From the NCBI GenBank assembly GCA_964522165.1, contig CAZFVV010000005.1, forward strand, positions 1,684 to 65,683: a stretch of 64,000 bases of DNA, written 5' to 3'. Positions 57,401 through 64,000 of the stretch are shown here, one piece after another (position 1 is the first letter of the stretch; each line of letters begins with the position of its first letter). The notes under the pieces were generated by a model. That model worked only from the letters and a program-made list of their open reading frames with translations. It did no database searches and was not told the origin of the DNA. Position numbers and translations under genes: made by a program. This DNA comes from an uncultured Calditrichaceae bacterium (GTDB lineage Bacteria > Calditrichota > Calditrichia > RBG-13-44-9 > J075).

Positions 57401-58224
57401 TTGAAAGCGTACAATTCGCCACCTGCCCAGCCTAAATAGCATTGCGGGGTCCACCCCGGCAGGGTTCCGGAGGGGATAAATTCCCCGGCGCTATAGCGGA
57501 ATACTTGCCCATCCTGCGTTTGAATAATGATCCCGGAATCAGGGCTGTAAAAATGAATGACGGCCAAATTGATAGAAGTATCCCAGAGCTTCAACCAGCG
57601 GCCCCGGCGGTATTCAAACAAAAAATGTTGGTCGTCATCGGTGTCAGTTTTCAGGTCGGCATAAAAATGATCGGGAGAGAAGGCGAAAACCTGCCAGATT
57701 TTTTGCGAGGCGCGGGAGGGCAGGTTGACGGCTTCCCGGCCGTCGACGTAAATCAAACTGCCCCAGCCGCCCCCGGCGATGAAGCGGGTAGAATCCAAAA
57801 AACTAACGTCCCGGATGGTATAAGGTTGGGGGGCGGGCAATTGATGCCAGGTTTTCCCGTTAAAATGATAGATTTCGGTGTAGTAAATGCTACTTTGCTG
57901 CTCGTAAAGCACCCAGATGTTGGCGGGAGAAAAGGCTTTCACTCTTTGAATACCGGAGACGGTGCGGGGAAAGGGAGGATTGAACACCCGCCACTCCTCG
58001 CCGTTCCATACCCACAAATCGCTCCTCGTGCTGAGGATGGTAAAGTAAGGGCTGGCAAAGCTGATGTCGCGGATTTGAGAGTTCTCCAATTCCGGAAAAA
58101 CCCGCACCTGCAAGCTGTCCGCAACCGCCCACTCCCACCCGCAGATCAACAACAAGCATAACGCCGGGAGAGGATACCGCTTCGGGAAGGATCTTTCCCC
58201 GAATAAAGTAGTTTTCAGTTCCAT
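54487..58224 (-). CDS. Hybrid-architecture sensor histidine kinase. It has a large extracytoplasmic beta-propeller / FG-GAP (VCBS-like) repeat sensor region, TM helices, a HisKA-like region and an HATPase_c domain.
   Basis: Six D-x-D-x-D-G-type loops are present (DADNDGDMD, DLDDDGLLD, DTEGDGDFD, DYDNDGDVD, DLDQDGYQD, DVDEDGDLD). The C-terminal ATPase region contains NLLQNSLEAM and GLGLYHARKLL. The start is uncertain: the track ORF extends to 58332 with a GTG, and the chosen start is the Met preceding a signal-like segment. Confidence 0.75.
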   Translation of the reverse strand: MELKTTLFGERSFPKRYPLPALCLLLICGWEWAVADSLQVRVFPELENSQIRDISFASPYFTILSTRSDLWVWNGEEWRVFNPPFPRTVSGIQRVKAFSPANIWVLYEQQSSIYYTEIYHFNGKTWHQLPAPQPYTIRDVSFLDSTRFIAGGGWGSLIYVDGREAVNLPSRASQKIWQVFAFSPDHFYADLKTDTDDDQHFLFEYRRGRWLKLWDTSINLAVIHFYSPDSGIIIQTQDGQVFRYSAGEFIPSGTLPGWTPQCYLGWAGGELYAFKDRSLWQWNGDTLGEIAPLPVSPSLYSLTRLSANEWLMTSGSDNLLYLGNRKVGKPFFRKPSPGFRLSAIFGPDAGSSHLGIALYRNSHQHIDLYFSNPKDANEFFTDDEAPTRLGRYGKNAMIERGLLGISRSQDADTYDNGAFFADADNDGDMDALFAALQGQSRLYENLGKDRFRDITGEHRLELEGRISNLCWLDLDDDGLLDFIVGDELGPLRVFRNRNFLRFEEAPARAGLPSLPEGALPAIADTEGDGDFDLLIYTLHHPLIYLENRGISPETGLPTWADRSASSPELTTRFDFFTQSIALGDYDNDGDVDLFLANRISPCKLFENDGKGNFRDVSAVKGFNQSLLAYGGNWGDLDQDGYQDLFLATLGVEYVYWNRAGQYFERDSFYLGENDFSYTTGSALADVDEDGDLDIIVANGEISYSRVWRNYLNQPNFLMIRPEGKRSNAPGIGTQVWVYESGHGGDPAFLRGYRQTTTQAGYASSGLPEAHFGLPPGNSPGTAERYDVVVQFPSGERRELAGVTPGQVLTVPETEKTGQQVQAAANFLLSFIYRQQRRDLLIRALLFLAIAGGFWALQRYRYFWPPSLAALFLLTLLALYGLASFWAGWGIDFVSLGIPVYALLIGGGGLVLLFQRISRIRYREAGQSFELFDLLRQFRHSQVGMNRIDHLIFFCNNLVPEGGTPTGPGGMDTRAPDRSALWKDFLQELAYFKEHALPVLRDIYLQSWHLQASSLPALKIRRRFNRLQQQIQKLLSGKTSGAIPKKWIPGTLEALQRELSEIKRELREIQAGVDALHTNDLFQMVSEAAARFPRFSEVKISREPARLTLPVVIRKEDFSQALSNLLQNSLEAMQDLPEKKIHLTIHEPKDGKTLLTLRDFGNGIAPEHAGRIFDETYSTKASSGLGLYHARKLLRRYGGEVEVGESKEGAGAQFHITLRSADQGGKWNTDATDVTDNFNQIQAKNL

Positions 58225-58539
58225 CGCCAAAGAATTTACCATACCCACCAGACCGTTAACTGCCGCCGCCGGAAACCGGGCGCCATGCTCGCGCAACTGC
58301 TGCAATATAAGAAAAACAGCCGGAAAAAACACCGGATCGTCAAACTTTCGCCTGTTTTTGTCCGGGTCGAACTTTTATAGCGCCATAAAACAGGGTTAGG
58401 GCAGGCTGTTAGTTTCGCTGCTTCCCTGAATTATATCTTGCATTTAAGCCTGCTGTAGTGGTATCTTTTTGCCGCCATATCCTGAATGGGCGCGAATAAG
58501 TTCATCGGAAATGACGGTTTAGAAACGGAAATTAATTTG

Positions 58540-59175
58540 ATGGAAAAAAAAGGCATTCTGATCGGCATGGCCGGGGCCAGCGGTTCCGGCAAAACATTGG
58601 TGGCGCAAACACTTTATAATACCCTCGGCTCCAAACGGGTGGTCATCATCCAGGAGGATTCTTATTACAAAGACCTCGCCCACCTGCCCCTTCAAGAGCG
58701 TACCAGGATCAACTTCGACCATCCCGACGCCTTCGACCACGACCTCCTGGTCACCCACTTGAAGAAACTGGTAAACGGCGAGGTAATTGAACATCCGGTT
58801 TATGACTACAGCATTCATTCGCGCAAACCGGAGACCCGCCAGGTGGGGCCGCACCGGATCATTATCTTAGAAGGCATCCTGGTGCTGGCCATTCCGGAAA
58901 TCCGGGAATTGATGGACATTAAGATCTACATCGATACCGACCCGGATATTTGCCTGATCCGCCGGCTGCGGCGCGACATTCACGAGCGGGGCCGGGAGGT
59001 GGACTCGGTGCTGCGGCAATACGAGGAAACCGTGCGCCCGATGTACCTGCAATTCGTGGAGCCTTCCAAGCGTTACGCCCATATCATCATTCCCCATGGC
59101 GGGAAAAACGTCATCGCCATCGACATTGTCAAATCTAAAATCGAAAAACTGCTCAGGGAAATAGAAGCATCTTGA
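58540..59175 (+). CDS. udk: Uridine kinase.
   Basis: The P-loop is GASGSGKT. The start is trimmed to MEKKGILIG. Confidence 0.85.
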   Translation: MEKKGILIGMAGASGSGKTLVAQTLYNTLGSKRVVIIQEDSYYKDLAHLPLQERTRINFDHPDAFDHDLLVTHLKKLVNGEVIEHPVYDYSIHSRKPETRQVGPHRIIILEGILVLAIPEIRELMDIKIYIDTDPDICLIRRLRRDIHERGREVDSVLRQYEETVRPMYLQFVEPSKRYAHIIIPHGGKNVIAIDIVKSKIEKLLREIEAS

Positions 59176-59355
59176 TTGGGGATCGCAGAATGCGGATAGG
59201 GAAATGTAGTAAGTCCGCAATCGCATTCCGACAAAACATAAACATCCCTGTTTATATGTCGGAATGAAATCGTCCCGGATTTCAAATCCGCAACCCGCAA
59301 TCCCCAATTTCATAAACGGTTTATAATACTTGAAGCATTACCCGAGGAATAAAGG

Positions 59356-59994
59356 ATGGTTCCGATAATTCAACGCAACGTGGGATGGATCGAGGTCATC
59401 TGCGGCTGCATGTTCTGCGGAAAATCGGAGGAATTGATCCGCCGTTTGAAACGCGCCCTGATCGGCCGCCAGAAAGTCTCCATTTTCAAGCCTAAAATTG
59501 ATAACCGCTACAGTAAAGACCACATCGTTTCCCATTCGGAATTGAAAATTCATTCCGAAGTGGTCGAAAACGCCCGGGAAATCCTGGAACGCTCCCTGGA
59601 GAGTCAGGTCGTGGGAATCGACGAAGCGCAATTTTTCGATAACGATCTGGTGGAAGTGTGCCAGAAACTTGCCAATATGGGCAAGCGGGTGATCGTCGCC
59701 GGGCTGGATATGGATTACCGGGGCATTCCTTTCGATCCCATGCCGCAGTTGCTGGCAGTGGCGGAGTATATTTACAAGCTCCAGGCCATTTGCGTCATCT
59801 GCGGCAATCCCGCCACCTTTACTTACCGCACCATCGAGGATCCCAACCGGGTGGTCGTAGGGGCCAACAACATTTATGAAGCGCGCTGCCGGAACTGCTT
59901 CCAGGCGCCCCCGGAGGGCAGGAAAGAGAAACAGGCTCCCGCCGCGCAAGCGGAAAAAGTTACCCCGGAGACCCCGCCGGTCGAGGAATCATGA
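59356..59994 (+). CDS. tdk: Thymidine kinase.
   Basis: The P-loop reads [13 protein letters not shown] and a C-terminal CxxC zinc ribbon is present. The protein has a low-complexity C-terminal extension. Confidence 0.9.
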   Translation: MVPIIQRNVGWIEVICGCMFCGKSEELIRRLKRALIGRQKVSIFKPKIDNRYSKDHIVSHSELKIHSEVVENAREILERSLESQVVGIDEAQFFDNDLVEVCQKLANMGKRVIVAGLDMDYRGIPFDPMPQLLAVAEYIYKLQAICVICGNPATFTYRTIEDPNRVVVGANNIYEARCRNCFQAPPEGRKEKQAPAAQAEKVTPETPPVEES

Positions 59995-60067
59995 AAAACC
60001 TTCCGGACGGCCGGATAATATTCACCCTTCACTTACTGCGGATCAACCAAAGGAGGCCGTGAATTAG

Positions 60068-61423
60068 ATGGCGAGAGATATTCTATTCGGAATTATGGGG
60101 CTGGCGGTGCTGGTCGGAATCGCATTTCTGTTCTCCAATAATAAGCGGAAGATCAACTGGCGGTTAGTGCTTACCGGCATGGGTTTACAACTTTTCTTTG
60201 CCTTGCTGGTGCTCAAGGGCAAGGAGATGTCGAGCAGTTTTTCCCCCCTGGGCTGGCCCACCATCTTGTTTGAATGGATCAGCCGCGCGTTTGTGAAAGT
60301 GCTGGCCTTCACCACCGAAGGCGCTCAATTTGTCTTCGGAAACCTGGCCCTGGGGCCGGGCATGGAGGGCAGCGTGGGTTTTTATTTCGCTTTCCAGGTG
60401 CTTCCCACCATTATTTTCTTTTCCTCCCTGATGTCGGTGCTCTACTACCTGGGGGTGATGCAGAAGGTGGTGCAGGGGATGGCCTGGGTAATGGCGCGCC
60501 TGATGGGCACCAGCGGGGCGGAATCGCTCTCCAACACCGCCAATATTTTCGTCGGCCAGACCGAAGCGCCCCTGATGATCCGCCCTTATATCAAAGGCAT
60601 GACCCAGTCAGAATTGCTGACCATCATGGTGGGGGGGATGGCGACGATTGCCGGGGGGGTTTTAGCGGCGTATGTGCAAATGTTAGGCTATTCTTATGCC
60701 CAGGCGCACGGCCTGGATATTATCACCGGTCAGGAAAAATTCGCCCTGCAACTGTTAGGGGCCAGCATCATGGCCGCGCCGGCTTCGTTAGCCATTTCCA
60801 AAGTTCTCTTTCCGGAAACCGGGGAGCCGGAGACGAAAGGGGTGGTGAAGGTCAAGGTCGAAAAAACCGCTTCGAATGTGATCGAAGCTGCGGCCGCGGG
60901 GGCCTCGGACGGCCTGCAACTGGCTTTGAACGTGGCGGCCATGCTCCTGGCGTTTATCGCCCTCATCGCCATGATCAACTGGGTGCTGACCGGAGTGGGC
61001 GATATAACCGGGTTGAACGAATATTGCCAGGCCAATTACGGCCAGCCCTTGCGCCTGCAACTGCTCTTCGGATTGGTGCTGCGCTATTTGGCATTTTTGA
61101 TTGGAGTGCCCTGGCAGGACGCCCTGAGCTTCGGGAGCTTGCTGGGAACCAAAGTGGTGGTCAACGAATTCGTCGCCTACTTAGATATGGCGAAACTGCT
61201 CGCCGAGAACCCGAACGTGAGCGAGAAGGCGGTGACCATGATGACCTTTGCCCTGTGCGGGTTTGCGAACTTCTCTTCGATTGCCATTCAAATCGGGGGG
61301 ATTAGCCCGCTGGCCCCGGGGCGGCGAAAAGACCTGGCCGGCTTAGGGCTGCGGGCGGTGTTGGGCGGCACCCTGGCGACCATGATGACCGCGACCATTG
61401 CCGGGGTGCTTACCTCTCTATAA
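60068..61423 (+). CDS. nupC: NupC/CNT-family concentrative nucleoside transporter.
   Basis: It is a multi-TM protein with CNT family motifs. Confidence 0.8.
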   Translation: MARDILFGIMGLAVLVGIAFLFSNNKRKINWRLVLTGMGLQLFFALLVLKGKEMSSSFSPLGWPTILFEWISRAFVKVLAFTTEGAQFVFGNLALGPGMEGSVGFYFAFQVLPTIIFFSSLMSVLYYLGVMQKVVQGMAWVMARLMGTSGAESLSNTANIFVGQTEAPLMIRPYIKGMTQSELLTIMVGGMATIAGGVLAAYVQMLGYSYAQAHGLDIITGQEKFALQLLGASIMAAPASLAISKVLFPETGEPETKGVVKVKVEKTASNVIEAAAAGASDGLQLALNVAAMLLAFIALIAMINWVLTGVGDITGLNEYCQANYGQPLRLQLLFGLVLRYLAFLIGVPWQDALSFGSLLGTKVVVNEFVAYLDMAKLLAENPNVSEKAVTMMTFALCGFANFSSIAIQIGGISPLAPGRRKDLAGLGLRAVLGGTLATMMTATIAGVLTSL

Positions 61424-61425
61424 TT

Positions 61426-61449
61426 GGTAATTGCCAATTGGCAATTACC
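61426..61449. repeat. 24-bp perfect palindrome GGTAATTGCCAATTGGCAATTACC between the convergent nupC and GT2 genes. Probable bidirectional terminator or REP-like element.
   Basis: It starts 3 nt after the nupC stop. It shares the TTGCCAATTGGCAA core with 50167-50203. Confidence 0.45.
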
Positions 61450-61479
61450 AATTGCTAATTAACAATTAACGGATGCCAA

Positions 61480-62409
61480 TTAAACCGCTTTCCGCTGCAA
61501 GCGTGACTTGCCGAATTCCCAGAACCCGGCCCACAGCCCTTTCAGGATTTCCGGATTCCTGTTTTGACAGGAGCGGATGGCGGCCCGCAGGAGCAGATAG
61601 GGCGCCGAGAGAAAGGGGAAAAGCAGTTTTTGCCACAACGGCGCGTGCCTTTCCATCAACAATAACCAATGTTTCGACCACTGGGCGGTCAACAGCCGGG
61701 AAGTCTCTTCGCGGTTGAACACAAACCCGGGCACCGGCTCGTGAAAAACCTTTGCCCGGGGCACGTACAAACCATAGTAGCCGGCCTTTTTCGCTCTCAA
61801 ACCGAAATCCAGGTCTTCCGAGCCGTAAGGATCGAAGGTGGCGTCAAAACCGTGAAGTTTTTGATACACCTCGGTGCGCACCAACATGCAGCCGCCGCTA
61901 GGGTAACACTTGCGGGGCTTATCATATTGCCCCTGGTCGGTCTCGCGGTAACCGATATGCTTGGTATCCCCGCGCCAGAAGCGGATTCTGTATCCCCCGG
62001 CCCCGTACAGGCGCGAAGCATTACTCAATTCACAAATTTTTCCGGTAGTTTGCGCCAGGGAGGTGCGGTTCTCGAAGGGCGCCAGCAGGGCGTCTAAAAA
62101 CTCGGGCGTAACGGTCATATCATTGTCGAGAAACAGCAAATAGGGAGGGCTGAACTCCCGTATCGCGACTTTCGCCGCCTCGTTGCGCCCCGAAGCCACC
62201 CCCAGGTTCCGGGGATGCTCTACCACCATCACCTCCGGAAAAGTTTCCCGAATTGCCCCTGCGGTTCCATCCCGGGAACCGTTGTCCCATAAAACGATTT
62301 TGAATGCCGGACTTTTAAGCGCCTGGAAGCTTTCCAGGCAGCGGAGCGTCTTCTCGCGCTGGTTCAGGGTCAAAATAATGACCGCCACTTTGATTGATTT
62401 TCCCCTCAT
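61480..62409 (-). CDS. Family 2 glycosyltransferase.
   Basis: GT2 motifs are present (VAVIILTLNQ, DNGSRDGT, DxD region). Confidence 0.8.
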   Translation of the reverse strand: MRGKSIKVAVIILTLNQREKTLRCLESFQALKSPAFKIVLWDNGSRDGTAGAIRETFPEVMVVEHPRNLGVASGRNEAAKVAIREFSPPYLLFLDNDMTVTPEFLDALLAPFENRTSLAQTTGKICELSNASRLYGAGGYRIRFWRGDTKHIGYRETDQGQYDKPRKCYPSGGCMLVRTEVYQKLHGFDATFDPYGSEDLDFGLRAKKAGYYGLYVPRAKVFHEPVPGFVFNREETSRLLTAQWSKHWLLLMERHAPLWQKLLFPFLSAPYLLLRAAIRSCQNRNPEILKGLWAGFWEFGKSRLQRKAV

Positions 62410-63001
62410 GACAGCCTGTTCCTATCATTCATTTGACCTGTCAAACTGATCTGAAATTACGCGCTGCTCCATCAGGTAGTGTTACCGTTCGCACAGGATT
62501 AAATAAGCAAAATTTTTGAGAAGTGTGCGATTTTTTCATTTTAGAACCTTTACTGTATATTTATTGCACAAGAAACGCATCCAACATCACCCTGTCAATT
62601 AATGTTTTTACGCGAATGCGTCGCTTAATTTTCCTTGTAGAATTAGACTTAACAAAAGCGCAACCAATTTATGGCACAATGGTTGCGTGAAAACATCGGC
62701 GATGGATTAAAATTCGTTTTTAGAGAAATTTAATAGCTTTATGGACATTTTTTATTAAACAAATGAATAATAACAAAGTAAACTCGCCCCCGTACTTCGC
62801 ACGCCTTGCTTTAGCCGTGCAATGAAATTCCCCCCCCTTTGGTGGAGGTGGCTTTCGACCACCCTGGCGGTAAAGGGAAGTTCCCCCTTTAACCCCCTAA
62901 CATAAGCTTCCCGGTACTTGAAGTAGGGCAGAAAATAATTAACTGTTTATCAATAACAAATTTTGAAAAACACCAAAAATGTTTCAATACGGAGCAGTGA
63001 A

Positions 63002-63640
63002 ATGAAAAGAATAAATGGTTCCATATTACCATGCTTCCTTTATTTTATTATTTTATGGATATTTCCGACTTTTACTTTTGCTCAACAGGGGTTCATCCAA
63101 TTGGGGTGGATACCCAATGTTGAACCGGATCTCTCCCATTATAAGATGTATAGAGATATTGCACCCGGCACAATGGTTTATCTCGATTCAATCTCTTCCA
63201 GCGATACCATTTATACCGATACCCAGACAGTTCCCGGCAATACTTATTATTATAAGTTAACCGCGGTTGATTTCTCCGGTAATGAGAGCGACCCCTCCAA
63301 CGAAGTTTTTGCGACATCAGGAATACTGACGATTGTGAACGATGATGGAAAGAATACCATTAAAAATTTCGACCTGAAACAAAACTATCCCAATCCCTTT
63401 AATCCCACCACTACGATTGAGTACAGCATTCCCCAACGGAGTAGTGTCTCCATCACGATTTATAATATCTCCGGGCAGGAAGTGAGAAAATTGCTCAGCG
63501 AATTTAAAGAATCGGGAACTTATAAAGTAGAGTGGGATGGAAAAGATAATAATGGGAGGGCCGTATCATCCGGTGTATATTTTTACCAGATGATAGCGGG
63601 AGGTTATAAAGGGGTGAAGAGGTCGGTTTTTCGGAAATAG
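63002..63640 (+). CDS. T9SS C-terminal-target-domain protein with an FN3-like domain.
   Basis: A signal peptide, YYYKLTAVDFSGNESDPS (an FN3-like strand) and a C-terminal NYPNPFNPTTTIEYSIP...GQEV sorting domain are present. The region is AT-rich. Confidence 0.7.
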   Translation: MKRINGSILPCFLYFIILWIFPTFTFAQQGFIQLGWIPNVEPDLSHYKMYRDIAPGTMVYLDSISSSDTIYTDTQTVPGNTYYYKLTAVDFSGNESDPSNEVFATSGILTIVNDDGKNTIKNFDLKQNYPNPFNPTTTIEYSIPQRSSVSITIYNISGQEVRKLLSEFKESGTYKVEWDGKDNNGRAVSSGVYFYQMIAGGYKGVKRSVFRK

Positions 63641-63769
63641 AGAGGATATTGTTATGTTTGGTGGAGAGGCGTATTAATTTTTTCGCTCATAGGTTTATTG
63701 TGAAATATGTTAAATTATCTATAAATGGAAATATGCCTGATGACAAAGGTACAAATAAGGAATGATGCC

Positions 63770-64000
63770 ATGCTTCGACACTTTCTTTGGATCAAAATTA
63801 TTGGGGGGTATTTGCTGATGCTATCGTTTAATCTTGGGGGTGGAACTTTTTACGTTGATCCCGGTGGCAATGATATTTCAGGGGATGGCAGCCAGGCTAA
63901 TCCCTGGAAAACTCTAAGCCATGCCTGTAGTCAAGTGACTACTTACGGAGATGTAATTCATTTAAATGCTGGAACTTATAATGAAACTTCTCAATCTGTA
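63770..64000 (+). CDS. Secreted protein with the N-terminus of a DUF1565-type right-handed beta-helix, partial (runs off the window end).
   Basis: A signal-like N-terminus is followed by GTFYVDPGGNDISGDGSQANPWKTLSHA. The reading frame stays open to position 64000. Confidence 0.45.
   Translation, partial: MLRHFLWIKIIGGYLLMLSFNLGGGTFYVDPGGNDISGDGSQANPWKTLSHACSQVTTYGDVIHLNAGTYNETSQSV

Noticed and set aside
58333-58485. A sigma54-like element (TGGTATC-N4-TTGCC) upstream of udk.
   Set aside because: The GG-to-GC spacing is off by one from the consensus and udk is a housekeeping gene. It is probably a chance match.
60274-61305. A 343-aa ORF in an alternate frame over nupC.
   Set aside because: It is an overlapping frame of the well-supported CNT transporter gene and gives an R/G-rich nonsense translation.

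Overview
This 64 kb window comes from a GC-rich (about 60%) bacterium whose secreted proteins carry type IX secretion C-terminal sorting domains ([10 protein letters not shown]...LGQ motifs), which points to the FCB superphylum. The window alternates GC-rich core genes with AT-rich accessory insertions. It contains: (i) a selenium-dependent molybdenum-hydroxylase (xanthine-dehydrogenase-family) cluster (ygfK-like, ssnA, an XdhC/YqeB-like maturation gene, the Mo-binding subunit and the FeS/FAD subunit). The cluster is interrupted by an AT-rich vapB-vapC-nucleotidyltransferase-N6-adenine-methyltransferase operon and by a MITE-like element plus a DUF2442 gene. (ii) A housekeeping block: uppS, folC, rho, rpmE, prfA, prmC and rnr. 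(iii) Type IX secretion cargo genes: a cohesin-like repeat protein, a GH13 alpha-amylase and an FN3-like protein. (iv) A beta-oxidation-like pair whose thiolase has lost both catalytic cysteines. (v) The most unusual locus: a stand-alone cytoplasmic protein and a 1794-aa membrane-anchored TPR giant that both carry FlhA/FHIPEP cytoplasmic-domain (FlhA_C)-like regions. No export-gate transmembrane domain and no other flagellar or type III secretion gene is present in the window. A HigBA module has inserted into the 3' end of the giant gene and duplicated about 100 bp of it. (vi) cca, tolC-like, gcdH, an HD-GYP response regulator, tRNA-Ala and tRNA-Cys, small cysteine-rich/DUF4177 proteins and a frameshifted vapC. 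(vii) A sigma54 response regulator paired with a 1281-aa FG-GAP/beta-propeller sensor kinase. (viii) udk-tdk-nupC and a GT2 gene. Several genome-specific short repeat families (ATGCGTAACA / TTCACGC-rich elements, TTGCCAATTGGCAA palindromes, MITE-like elements) flank the accessory genes. No CRISPR array or rRNA was found.
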